This document shows positions 44,590 to 57,602 of a stretch of 64,000 bases of DNA, in pieces (positions within the stretch are counted from its first letter, which is position 1; each line of letters opens with the position of its first letter). Made by a program: the position numbers and the translations under genes. Below the pieces are notes generated by a model that saw only the letters and a program-made list of their open reading frames with translations, did no database searches and had not been told where the DNA came from. Origin of the DNA: the human T2T-CHM13v2.0 reference genome, Homo sapiens; the NCBI RefSeq assembly GCF_009914755.1, contig NC_060926.1; one strand, 5' to 3'.

Positions 44590-44910
44590 TAATTTTTACC
44601 TGGAATGCTCTCCTCTAGTAATTTAATGATGCTTAAATGCTCTGTCAAGATTTAGAAAAACATACTATCACTTTACTAAAGCTTTCGATGATTCCTCCAA
44701 AGAGAAGGAATCCTGAGCCTTTTCCCAGCTACCCAGGCACTTTATTAAAACCACCCTTAAAGAATTTTCTACTATTCTTCTTAGTTATCTGTATATATAT
44801 CTCAACTTTACCATAGATGGTATGTTCTTTGAAGGCAAAAACCATGTCTTACTAATATTTTGAATCCCTGACAGCATTTGGCCAAATATCTTATACAACA
44901 TGTTTCAATA
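44590..44910 (+). mobile_element. LINE-2 3' end
   Basis: CCTGGAATGCTCTCC...TTTGAAGGCAAAAACCATGTCTTA...ATCCCTGACAGC. Confidence 0.55.
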
Positions 44911-44924
44911 ACGAAGACAAAAAT

Positions 44925-45085
44925 AATGTTAGTAATAAGCCTGGTATTTAGTGTTTACTATGTGCCCAGCATTATATAAAACTTGATTGGAATCATTTAA
45001 GCCTCATAAACTTTTGAGATAGATACTGTTATTAGTCTAATTACAGACTAGGAATCAAAAGCATAAAGAGAATAAGTAATTTGCC
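44925..45085 (-). mobile_element. MIR SINE
   Basis: GTGTTTACTATGTGCCCAGCA...TGAGATAGATACTGTTATT...TTACAGA. Confidence 0.65.
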
Positions 45086-46869
45086 TATGCAAAAACAAAT
45101 CTCTTTGAGCCCTTTTCTTTTCTCTAATGGGCCCATCAGTGAATCCTGGGGGTCTCATAGCATTCTTTCAGTACATAATGACAGAGAAAAGGGAAAGAAA
45201 AACAATGAAAACAATCTCCAAATAATAAAAATAGAGGCAGATAAATGGTATATACATTCAAAAGGGTAAGCAAGGATCGGATTATAAAGTAATCTGACAA
45301 TAAGAATTAGTGAAATAGAAGTAGGAAGGTAAAAGTAGTAAAAGCATATTTGTTATTTAAAGATTGCCATCTTAAGAATATTTTGTTCATGACTTTTTAT
45401 ATTCTTTAAAATGATAGACAAAAACAAAACCACTAATTTACATGTAGAACAAATGGGTACAAGAACACATTTTGCCCTCTAGTTCTGCTTGAATGAGTGC
45501 TTAAATGGAAATTCTCTATTGTTACTGATTACAGCTTTCTGTAACCCAACCATCTTCCCTTTGAAAAGGAGTTTTAGTCTGATAAGGATTAAAATTCTGT
45601 GTACTTTTCCAACTCGCTTGGCATTTTTTCAAACCCCACAGCCCTAGGACTTTGAGGATATTGAATTTGGATCATTCGAAGGGCAAAAGGGCATGTTTAA
45701 AGAGGTTAATCGTGACCTCGTGTAATTACTGGAGGCTGTGCTTCTAGTTCCAGAACAAAGGGAAAACCTGGCTGTTTCTGTTTAGAAGTTTAAGGGCTCA
45801 GAATGCTCCAGAAATATATAAGCATTCCAGGATTGGATTGGATTGGATGAAATTGAAGCATTGGATCACAATGGAGTGTAAACCTAAACCTCTCTGAATA
45901 CGGGCAGTGAAAGTGTGTAATTCATGGCAGAAACTTAAATTTGAAAAAGAGGAATGTTAGAAGTAATAAGAAGAAATGAAGTGAGAATCCCAGAGCCTTC
46001 ATTACATGCCAAAATAAAGTAGACATGTATTACATTCCTCCCTTCTGTGGGTCCCTTCCACACCTGTTGTTGCTTTCCTGGGGAATTAGCCAAAGTGATA
46101 CAATTTCTAAGTTTTAGTGGGGAGAAATAATTGTATCCCAGGAACAGGAGGCCAAGGTTCAATTTTTCCACCATTGTTCTTGTTTTTTAATATCTTTGAC
46201 AGAGGAGAGGACTATTGATTTAGTATAGTGGTTCAGGGAAAGCAAAAGGCACATCATGTACACACAGCACAGGAAACTTTTTAGTATGTGTTTATAAATT
46301 GCATCACCCCTGGCTCAGAGCTTCGTTTGATTTTTTTTGGGGGGGGCGGGTTGGTTGATTGGTTAATTGGTTGATTGGTTTGTTGGACACGTTATGTTGG
46401 AGAAATGACCCCTGAGAGGTGAGTCAGCTCTATCTCTGGATGATTTCACACATACTTAATTGAAAATGCTTTCCTGGACTCATGGTCTTCAGAAAAATAC
46501 AGACTTTGATTTTATTAAAGTGAAATATTATTCTGCAAAAATAGCCCATTTGTTAAGATTTATAGGAAGAATATTTCATGCATATACTCTTTCATCAATT
46601 TTGTTCTGAGCAATTATGTGTCTGGCACTGAGCTTTACTGAAATATTGAAAAGACAGAGTATTTATCCACAGGAAATCTAAAAACTAGCATGGGAGAAAA
46701 AGCAATGATGGTAGTTATCAGTGGCCAACTTCAAATCATTGTCACACGATTTTTATCAAATATGGTATTAACAACAGTATCACTGTCACAAATAAATGTG
46801 TTTGTACTCAAGAAGAGTAGGTTAATATTTTTTCTCTGCCACAGTGATACTTTAAAGCACAGACATTCA

Positions 46870-47040
46870 TTCATTCCCAGTTCATAAGGTAATGCGGCCA
46901 CCTACCGCAAGTCATTTAACCACATCAAGCCTCTGTTTTCTCATTTCTAGAATAGGAACTAATGATAATACTTTCTTCTGAGAGTTTATGTGAGAAGAAA
47001 ATGTGACAATAAAATACGTCTTTTCAGAAATCTTAACAGC
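46870..47040 (+). mobile_element. MIR SINE
   Basis: GCAAGTCATTTAACC...GCCTCTGTTTTCTCAT. Confidence 0.6.
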
Positions 47041-48412
47041 ATAGCTCCTTTCAAATATGCATGCAAATCTTGATGACCAAATCACTAAGTGATAGACATT
47101 GGCACATTAGAAGATATAATTCTAGCTGCCAGAAATTTCCAAAGACAATGAATGCTATTGGGCAGTTGTGATTGCTGCCACTGGGGAGCCTTAAGCATAT
47201 GACCAATTGGATGAAATGTTGCATGAGAGATCTGAGTATTAGATGGGTACGTGGACTAATTTCAAGACCTCATTCTCTAATTCTATTATTTTTGCCTATT
47301 ATTTATGCCTCACACCCTCTTCCTGGAAGAAGTTTCTATTTTACGTTTTTCCTAGAGTTAATGAAAAGAGAAACCAGCCGTGATTTGTACTTTCAGCCCA
47401 AATGCCCTGGAAAAGGCTGTGTGGAGCTGATTCTTCTGGAGTGCCCAGCCTATGAACTTGGAATATTCAAAAGAATCAGGTGACTCTGATCTCCTGCCAA
47501 TCTGAATAGGTTACTTAACAGCTGAAAGTTCTTGATGGTACTGTTACTTCTGACCAGAAGATTCAAGTACCAAACCCAGGTCGATCCGACTGCAGAACGC
47601 TTGCCCTGCATTTCTACCCTGCACAGCTTTCCAGATGGGTTTGTCCACTAGCAGGCAAGAATGGCCCAGCTCAGCAACAGAGAAGGAAGATTTCTCAGCC
47701 AGCCAAATTAACTCAGTAAATAAATACTGGCCAATATTTACCAGGAACCCTGAGATTTCTACCTACATAAGCACAAAATGTAGTTGAGGTTCCTGGGCAC
47801 TAGGCATGTTTAGATATGAGATATGCCTTCATGTTCTGTTTGTTTTTTTAAATGTCTTTTTATGTGCTGCTGATCTATATTAAAATATAGTAAAAAATAT
47901 ACTAATAAAATAAAATGTCCACACTGGAGGAATTTAACTAAATTTGAATACATTTAGACAGACTCCACATATGTACATACCAGTGAATGTAGAAACTTCT
48001 TGATGTCCAGTTCGTTATGAGATTCGGCACCGTGGTCCTGAGTGGTGGTTGTTCTGGGGCTGAGCAGGGCTGGGTTTGGCAAGGGAGTGAAATACTTCTT
48101 GACCACAATTTTAGTTCATAGAATTGATAAGCAATGAACATAAATAATGTCGTAAAGGTTATCCATTAGAAATAAAGGTAAATAGTCTGAATTCGACTAA
48201 TAAACCCAAGAGCAAATGACTGAAAGAGGCAGCCAAGAAATAAAGCCAGAAGGGTTAGGAAAGAAGGGAGACTGACACCACAGGAAGTTTGATTCGGCTG
48301 GAAGAAATTTAATTCAGCTGGAGAACTATCCTTAGTGAATTTGATTCAGCTGGAGAAATTCTCTGGTCTTGCGTTAGACATTTACTATCATTTATTTTTC
48401 TTAAGCAGCGTT

Positions 48413-49160
48413 TGTGGTAGGCAACTACAGACTTCCCTGATACCTGGTTCACTTCTACTTCCAGTTAAAAAAAAATTAGCATTCCCCACCACTTCCCTTG
48501 CCCTCTTGCTTTCAGTAGTTAGGTAGGGCCACGAAACTAACTTCAGGCAATGAAATATGAGTAGTTGGTATGTATCTCTCTTCCAGGAAAGCTTTGTAAT
48601 AATTGCTGGTGGTTGACTTTCCAACTTTTCTCTTCCTGTTTCAGGGAACACTGATAATGCATGTTGAAATTGTAGTGCCGTAAAGTGGTGTAGCATAAAT
48701 ACAGTCATGTGTCATTTAGTAACAGGATTCCTCCCCCAGAAATGTGTCCTTAGGTGAGTTCATCCTTGTGCAAACATCATAGAGTGTACTTACACAAACC
48801 TAGATGGTGAAGCCTACTAAACACCTAGGCCATGTGGCATTGCCTATTGCTCCTAGGCGGTACTGAATACTGTAGGTAATTGTAACACAGTGGTAAGTAT
48901 TCATATATCTAAACATATCTAAACATAAAAAAAGGTACAGTAAAAATAGAGACTTACAATCTTATGCAACCACCATCATATATGCTATTCATCGTAGACT
49001 AAAACGTCATTATGTGGAACGTGACTATATATTGAGCAGAGCCTCCCACTGACCTGCAGTGGACAGACAGAGAGCATAAGGGATAAATAAACATTTGTTG
49101 TTCTAAGCCACTAAGATTTGAGGGTTGTTTGTTACCACAGCTAACCTGGTCTATCCTGTT
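48413..49160 (+). mobile_element. Old MLT1 (I/J-type) LTR split by Tigger3a
   Basis: TGTGGTAGGCA start; 3' AAATAAACATTTGTTGTTCTAAGCCACTAAGATTTGAGGGTTGTTTGTTAC. Confidence 0.7.
48702..49027 (-). mobile_element. Tigger3a/MER7A TcMar DNA transposon
   Basis: TA-flanked termini CAGTCATG...GTGACTA; internal CATCATAGAGTGTACTTACACAAACCTAGATGG. Confidence 0.88.
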
Positions 49161-49505
49161 AGGATGTTCACAGCCAATGGGGTGAGCACACCAGAGCTTA
49201 TTAAAGGGGTTACAGCAAACGGACTGCAACAAACGTGCAACTTCATATTTCTCTCTTTCTCCAAAGCTATCATATAAGGTTTCATTTTTCTAGACATTTC
49301 CAGAAAGTAGCAAAATACTGGTGGAGAAATCAAAGATCAACTTATAAAGTATTTGGTTCTTTCATTTCATAATACATCAATCTGTATTACAGTACTTTAT
49401 AACTAAATAGGCATTAAGCTGAGTTTTTGCAGGACAGAAAACAAAACTTATTTTTCTTCCAGGTGCCCCAGTGTCTACCACATAACTTTAAAAATAGCCT
49501 GCATT

Positions 49506-49848
<343 letters not shown>

Positions 49849-49984
49849 TTACTGACTAAAATACATGATACATCATTTGAAAAGTACTCTTTACTTCCCT
49901 CTAATAAATGTAATGCCACATATTTGAGGATTACTTCCAAGAATCATCTAGCCCAAGCAATGAGCACTTTAGATGCTTAAAAAT

Positions 49985-50945
49985 TATTAGGAATTCAGAA
50001 GAGCACTTGTTTACAAGTTTTATGGCTATTTATATTTATTATGTAAGAAATGAAAACAGAAAATTTAGAAACACGTATTTATACCAGGTATATACCCAAA
50101 GGATTATAAATCATGCTGCTATAAAGACACATGTACACGTATGTTTATTGCGGCACTATTCACAATAGCAAAGACTTGGAACCAATCCAAATGTCCAACA
50201 ATGATAGACTGGATTAAGAAAATGTGGCACATATACACCATGGAATACTATGCAGCCATAAAAATGATGAGTTCATGTCCTTTGTAGGGACATGGATGAA
50301 GCTGGAAACCATCATTCTCAGCAAACTATCGCAAGGACAAAAAACCAAACACCGCATGTTCTCACTCATAGGTGGGAATTGAACAATGAGAACACATGGA
50401 CACAGGAAGGGGAACATCACACACCAGGGCGTTGTGGGGTTGGGGGAGGTGGGAGGGATAGCATTAGGAGATATACCTAATGTTAAATGATGAGTTAACA
50501 GGTGCAGCACACCAACATGGCACATGTATACATATGTAACTAACCTGCACGTAGTGCACATGTACCCTAAAACTTAAAGTATAATGAAAAAAAAAGAAAT
50601 ACGTATTTATTAGTTTATTTAAAGTAATAAAATAAATCCATTACATGTTAATGTAAATAACACTTTTTGATTTAAAAAACTACATTTTTCAAATCAAGAA
50701 CATTTTTATTGAGAAGAATACCATTGCTTTACTTTTTCCAAAATCTCTTTAATGTCTGGCTTAATAGAAGACAGCTGGATTCTCTTATCTGATTCTGCAT
50801 TCAGGTGGCTACAATATCCTACACTAGGTATCTTCAGAAAAACTCCACTGTATAGTTTTGAAAGCATGAGAGTAACAATGGCAAATGCTATCTTAGTGTT
50901 ATTATGGATTTGTGCACCCCTGAAAGAGTCCTGGGGACTCTGAGG
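49985..50945. mobile_element. Charlie1-family hAT relic split by L1PA
   Basis: AAATCTCTTTAATGTCTGGCTTAATAGAAGACAGCTGGATTCTC...CCCCTGAAAG. Confidence 0.75.
50083..50594 (+). mobile_element. Short 5'-truncated L1PA4/5-type LINE-1
   Basis: ORF2 end, 3'UTR and poly-A; 16-bp TSD AGAAA(C/T)ACGTATTTAT at 50067-50082 and 50595-50610. Confidence 0.95.
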
Positions 50946-51467
50946 CGTCTCTCTCTTCTCTGAATGCTTTTGTGTCAGGAAACCTTATAACAGAGTTTAC
51001 CACTTGACTATTATCCAGTTGTTTTGTGTATGTTACATGTGGATCCCAACCTAGATTGTAAATTCTATGCAGGCAGGAACAATGAGTGCTTACCAAATAC
51101 AGAAAAGGACAAAGCCTGCTATAACCAAGGACCACAGAACAATGATATGGAACTACTAAGTCTTAAAGTGCTGTTATTTTTAAAACAAATATACCATAAT
51201 ATAAGTTTTTAAATATTATCTTTTTCAAGTCCTTCTCACCTCTAGAAAAAATGAAAATAATCAAATGGGTAGTTATCTTTGTAGTTAGTTTTTATACTTT
51301 ACACAAATATGTCTGTATACAATATTTAGTATCAATGTTTCCCTTATATAAATTATGTTTTGTGTATCTTCTTTTTAACTCAGAATCATGATTATGAGAT
51401 CTATCCATATTGCTATTTATAAACCTAATAAATTTATTTAAATAGCCATATGGTCTAATGTAAGTTC

Positions 51468-51580
51468 GTTTTTTTTTTTCATTTGTAATTTGGATTTTTT
51501 TTTCTTTTTTTAAATTTTATTATTATTATACTTTAAGTTTTAGGGTACATGTGCACAACGTGCAGGTTTGTCACATATTT
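51468..51580 (-). mobile_element. Tiny L1PA 3'-terminal insertion
   Basis: TTATACTTTAAGTTTTAGGGTACATGTGCACAACGTGCAGGTTTG preceded by T-tracts. Confidence 0.85.
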
Positions 51581-53585
51581 GTTTACGTTATAATAATGCA
51601 AATTCAAATAGTTCCCAATTTGTCACACATGCCAATCAATGATGCTAAAATAAATATCTTTGTTCATGTTTCTTCAGTTATTTGTGCAATATTTGTTCTA
51701 ACTTAAATTTTTTTAAATGAAATATCTGGGCCTTTGTATATGTACACTTTTTTGTTTAGCGAGATGTAATCCCCCAAAACTGTATGAGAGTGCCATTTGC
51801 CTTATACTTTATGTTGCCAGGTTTTATTTATGTTTTACTCTGCCCTTCTGAGCCTAGAACAGTGTCAGCGAATAGTAGGCCTTCAGCAAATACTTGTTAC
51901 CTGTAGCAACTCTAGTCTGAGGCTGGGACATTTGAATATGGACACATTTTGCAAGCATAGACTCATGACCTCTTTGTCCTATGTGATCCTTGCAACAGAC
52001 TAGCAGGCTGTCTCTCACGCAAACCCCACAGAGTATAAAATAAACCCAGAAGCCCATTTGGGTTTATTCCATTCCAAGAAGCACTTTGTGCTCCACATTC
52101 TGTAAGTACAGTAGTTCTGTACTTCTGTTCCTCTTTTGATTGTCCACATCCTTAGCCTCCAAGACAGCCATCCTGTCACCATGGAGGTCACCATTACCAT
52201 AGCACTGAGACAAGTGCAGCTGAAATGCTTCATCCTGGACATAAGCTGCCAGAACTCTCTTCTGCAGACTTTACTGTGGGATGCATAGCTATGCAGTGAG
52301 AGACCACTGTCTGCATTCAATTACACTGCTGCAAAGCTAATGTGATTGTTTCAAGACCCTACAAATGTCCAGATGTCGACAATGAGCTCAAATGTGTTTC
52401 CCTTTTCCTATAAGCTGAGGAAAAATTTAAAAGTTGAGGGGGAGAGTGGTATCTCCTTGATACCTCAAATATGTGTTTTCTCATTTCAAGGGAGTTTTGG
52501 ATGTGTGTTTAAGAAAATGTGATGATAGTACTGTCATAAGCCAGCTTGGCTTAAATACCCACGACAGAATAAGCTTGCAACCGTGCACACTTTATGGCAG
52601 AAAATGTGCATTAGGGATATAAATGAGCAGTGTTGAATGATATACACTAGGTATTCCTATTAATTAAGTGAAATTAGGGGTCTATAATCACAAAGATTAT
52701 AAGAAATCTTTGTGATTTTCTTATAAGATAAAACACATATATGCAGTAAAAGCCAATAAAACATAGCCACAAAGCATGTAGGACAATTGGAAAATACTGT
52801 TAAAAATCATTTAAAACATGAATATGGTCATATTCCACAGAAGAACTGAGGCATGAAGCATGAAAGTCATTTAACAAGACAGTTCAGTATACAGACCAGA
52901 ACCCAGTTGCTCTGCCCAAACATAATCTTTGACTACGCCCCCACTTCTGTTTTTACAAACAGAATGTTCTGGTGCTCATTTCTGCTGAGCTCTAGCCTCT
53001 AGATCAAGTCCAGAAAAAACACAAAGTTCACAGAATTTGCAAGCTGACCCAACGATTTGCATATTATGAATAGTTTCTGATATTTCTCTCATAGCTACTT
53101 TCCTAGGATGTTTAGTGAATGAGACAATCTCTAGATTTCAGAAATTTCTAAATTAGGGCCTTATTTTTGTTTAAGTTTCAAATTTGTTTCTCCCGCATGA
53201 TAGAAGTGGGTATGTTTATTTAGCCCTCTTTTCTCCAAATCTTCTGAAAATGCAGTGAGTTTTAAGTACCAGAATGTCAATTTTAGCTCTGTGCACATGG
53301 CATTCAAAGCACCAAAGCTAATAATGTTTGGTTTAATTATTATCCTAGAATACCTACAAATAATTTACCATTCTTTCTCAAAATAAAAATCTTTCAAGGA
53401 AAGCAGATCTGGGGTGGCTCCATGTTTAATTTCTTACTATTATGACGTGCAAGTATTTTGTATCCCAAATATATATTAATAGAGTGTGTAAAATATACAG
53501 TTCCTTTTGGAGCAAGAATTAGAGAAAGTGCCAAGTTTGGGTTTATGAACTTCATGAGTCCTTCGAGTTTTGCAGTAGGCATTTG

Positions 53586-54131
53586 TATGATGGTTAATAT
53601 TGAGTGACATCTTGACTGGATTGCAGGATGCAAAGTATTGTTCCTGGGTGTTTCTGTGAGGGTATTGCCAAAGGCAATTAACATTTGAGTCAGTGGACTG
53701 GGAGAGGCAGACCCACCCCTAGTCTCGGTGGGCACTATCTAATCCACTGTCAGCTTGGCTAGAATAAAGCAGGCAGAGGAAGTTGGAAGGACTAGAATTG
53801 CTGAGTCTTCCGGCCTTCATCTTTCTCCCGTGCTGGATGCTTCCTGCCCTCGAACATCAAATTCCAAGTTCTTCAGCTTTTAATTCTTGGAGTTACACCA
53901 GTGATTTGCCAGGGGCTCTCATGCCTTCAACCACAGACTGAAGGCTACACTATCAGCTTCCCAACTTTTGAGGTTTTGGGACTCAGACTTGCTTCCTTGC
54001 TCCTCAGCTTACAGATGGCCTATTATGGGACTTCACTTTGTGATCACGTGAATCAATTCTCCTAATAAACTCTCTTCAAAAATACATATATCCTATTAGT
54101 TCTGTCCCTTTAGAGAACTCTGACTAATACA
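53586..54131 (+). mobile_element. MLT2A2-like (HERVL) solo LTR
   Basis: ATGGTTAATATTGAGTG...CTGGATGCTTCCTGCCCTCGAACATC...AATAAACTC...TGACTAATACA, ~545 bp. Confidence 0.9.
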
Positions 54132-54874
54132 ACTGGTAAGAATACACCTTTTGCCAGAGACTTATCACAAAGACAGATAATCTGGGTGTGTAACACAAAA
54201 ACATTGATACGATAAAACACATGCCAAAAATGGAAAACTTGTTATAATGCAATAAATAAATTTTATTTAACAAAAGCAAACAAAAAATGAAAAGGAACAA
54301 ATATAACCCCAAGCTGGTAAAACTCATTTTAAGCTCTCAAACACTTATTTGATATTATCTTTCCAAGAATAATGGAGCAGAAGTAATCACATTCCTTTTC
54401 CTTTACATACTTTTGCTCAGAGAAACCAGATGCAGAATGCAACTTTGCCTCCCTGCCAAACTGTCAAGTTTGTTTAATATTTAAGTTTCATATGACATAA
54501 ATGAAAGAAGCAAAAGTATTGTTAGTGCTGAGAGTTCTGAATTTGAGTCATTTTTAACTGATCACTGTATGTTCTGAAAATAGAAATGAATCTCCATCTT
54601 CCCCAGCTCGTTTGAGTGTTTCCTACTACAATTCCAGTGGTGATAAAAAGTGGAGTGGTCTTGTAAGTATGGGCCTGCATCCATGATTTATGTAAATTGC
54701 AAGTGGTGAAGTTTTTCACGATTGAAACATATTCATGTATTTTGGAAGAATGTTTTTCATGAATAAACATTGAAAAGCTTTCAAAAAGATGAAAAAAGAT
54801 GGATCGTTCATCAATTTGAATTAGATTGATCTTGTTCGTATCAATCATGGTTTTAGTCAAAAATCATGCTATCT

Positions 54875-55045
54875 AAGATTTATTAAGTATTTCCTTATTT
54901 ACTCTTTGCTAGGCACTGATCTAATCTCCTTATCTACATGTATTCATTTAATCTTTACAACGCTTTGATGTAAATACTATTTTCATCTTCATTTTAAAGA
55001 GAAAGAAACTAAGGCACAGAGAAATTAAGTAACTTGACTGATTTC
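54875..55045 (-). mobile_element. MIR SINE
   Basis: GCTAGGCACTG...CATTTAATCTTTACAAC...GAAACTAAGGCACAGAGAAATTAAGTAACTTG. Confidence 0.75.
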
Positions 55046-55189
55046 ATGTGAATCATGAATTGAGTAACCTTTTCATCTCCCTTCCTCCCGAGATCCACTA
55101 AAATGGTAGTGAAAAGCTGTATTATTTAGAAATAATAATTATCGTTTGTTTGCAATGATAAATTATTTTATGAACAAATAATACAGGTT

Positions 55190-55609
55190 TGTATTATTTA
55201 CAAATATCATGTCCTGCCATGAGCATGCTTTCCTCTAAATGGACTATATCAAACTGCCATGTTGACTTTGGACTTGGCCATGTGACTTTCTTTGGCCTAT
55301 AGGACATGGGTGAAAGTTTTAATGCCAAGTTCCAAGCAGAAACTTTAAATGGGTTTGTGTGGTTTGACACTATCGCTCCTGTGTTCCTGTTCTCTGCTCT
55401 AAGAAGAGCACGTCCGAGGCAGGAGCTGATCCTTCACCCTTGAAGCCACAATGAGAAGACATAAGGAGGCAGCCAAGCCCAGCATTGTCAAGCAGGGCAG
55501 CCGCTGACCCAGAGCCCTCACACAACGTAAGTGGGAAATAAATCTACTTTGTAAGCCACTGAGTTAATGTGGTTGGTGGTTACAGCAGCAAAAACAAACT
55601 GAAAAACAA
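55190..55609 (+). mobile_element. Old MLT1 (H/I-type) LTR
   Basis: GGACTTGGCCATGTGACTTTCTTTGGCC...AAATAAAT...TGTAAGCCACTGAG...GTTACAGCAGC. Confidence 0.7.
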
Positions 55610-57139
55610 CAATAAAGGAAAAAAATTGCTATAAATTCACAATAATAAAAAGAGCCACAGACAGGCTGTCTGAGGTTAAAAAGACTCAAAACCTTCTGAA
55701 GGATAGAAAGTTCTTGGAGGAGTACTGACTGGAACAGTTTAAGTGAAACCACAGCTTAAGAAACATACAGGGATGCTGCCACTAGGTTGGGAGGAACCTA
55801 GGTTAGATCTTGGACCTAGAAAACTGTAAGCTCAAAACTTATGAAGCAACTAATTTCACCTTCCAGTCATCATGTTACACCTACATTACCTGGTTAAGAA
55901 GCCTCACTTAGTGCACGATGCCCATGTTTCTTTATTGCCCCATTGTCATCTACCAGGAGATACTAAGCTTTTGATTAAAACCTGCAAGAGAAGCAAGACA
56001 AAGACCAATATTATCATGGATAAAACATATCTTTGGAAGAGAAGGAGATATTCATAAACACAAAAATATTTTAAAATATTTCAAATTACTATTCTCTAGA
56101 GCTATTTGAGAAGAGACTACATAAATAGAAATAAGAAAGCAAAAGAGTGTCAAGGAAAAAGAAAAATCAGAAACTAAGAAAGAGGTCTTGGAAATTCAAA
56201 ATATTGTTCCCAGCATTGGGGATACTGAGTTTGATTACTTGATTACTCTGGAAACAATGGATATATCCATTAAGAAGGTTTGTCTTTTGTAATGTAATTG
56301 AGAAATAACTCATGGGTGGTACTTCGAGACTGTGAATAGCGGGCTTTGTTTCACAGCCACCTTTCATTCAGTCAACACTAGCATTTGTTGACAAAACTTA
56401 CCTTCCAGTCGTCACATTGAGAGTAGTGAAATGATATTTTCAAATGTCTTTCCTTTTACATTTATTGTCTGACATTGTGTCTCTATCTTTCTTCGGGTAT
56501 CATTAAAGATTCATGGGTCTTTATGAACTTTTAATCAATGTCTTGTTATCCACTGTTACCATCTTTGTTGTAGATACACAAATGTGTATCTTAAATGTGG
56601 CCTCTTGGAGCCCCTACAAACTGGCTGCTATGCATTATGTGTCTTAAGATTGTGAGAACAGCTACGTATATACCATATATACCTATATATTAACATATTT
56701 AATTATGTGAAGTCAATTACTACTATAATTGTTGCCTTTATTTTGCAAATGATTAAATTAATAAATGAAAAATGAAATTGGTAGTCCAAGGTCACACAGC
56801 TAGTTTCTGGTACAGCTGTATTTTAACTTAGGCAGCTTGACTCTTAACCAGACAATGCACGTATAAAGGCATTATACTGAAAGACCTGTAGAACATAGCA
56901 GAATGCATTAAGAAATACAGTGAAGATCAATTATAAATCCAGGGAAAAATAAAATGAAATGTAAACATAGTATATTATTTGGTTCTATAGCAAGTGACGC
57001 ATTATGATCATCATAATTAAAATACCATTTATGAAATTTCAAGTTTTTAAATCAAGCTAATAGACATAGCATAAAAGGCTTAAAGGTGTTTAACAGGATA
57101 TAAACTTGATCACCCTTGGCAATTTAAAAGTAAAATACA

Positions 57140-57465
57140 GGCCAGTCACAGTGGTTCACGCCTATAATCCCAGCACTTTCAGAGGCTGAAGTCTGAGTAT
57201 TGCTTGAGGCCATGAGTTTGAGACCATCCTGGGCAACACAGTGAAACCATGTACCTACAAAAAAATAAAAAATAAAAAATTAGCCAGGTGTGGTGGTGCC
57301 ACCTATAATCCCAGCTACTCAGGAGGCTGAGATGGGAGAATTCCTTGAGCCCAGGAGTTTGAGGCTACAGTGAGCTATAATCACCACTGCACTGTATAAT
57401 CACCACTGCACTGCAGCCTGGGCCAGAGTGAGACTATGTCTCCAAAAAAAAAAAAAAAAAAAAAA
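57140..57465 (+). mobile_element. AluJ with an internal 19-bp tandem duplication
   Basis: J-type TTGAGCCCAGGAGTTTGAGGCTACAGTGAGCTAT; TATAATCACCACTGCACTG twice at 57376-57413; poly-A tail. Confidence 0.93.
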
Positions 57466-57602
57466 GCGAAATGCAGACAGAGGATTTAGAAGAATTTAAA
57501 AGAAGTTCAAGGATGTTAACAGTTGTCATCTTATAAAGTGAAGTGTCTGGGGAAAATCTTAGTGGAACAGGAAATAAAGACATAATATCAAGATATAATT
57601 AT

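Noticed and set aside
48288-48357. CRISPR-like repeat-spacer array
   Set aside because: Primate DNA, only three imperfect copies, spacers of about 1 and 14 bp, no cas genes
54522-54860. 112-aa minus-strand ORF in unique DNA
   Set aside because: Non-ATG start, no recognisable domain, no exon boundaries; length compatible with chance
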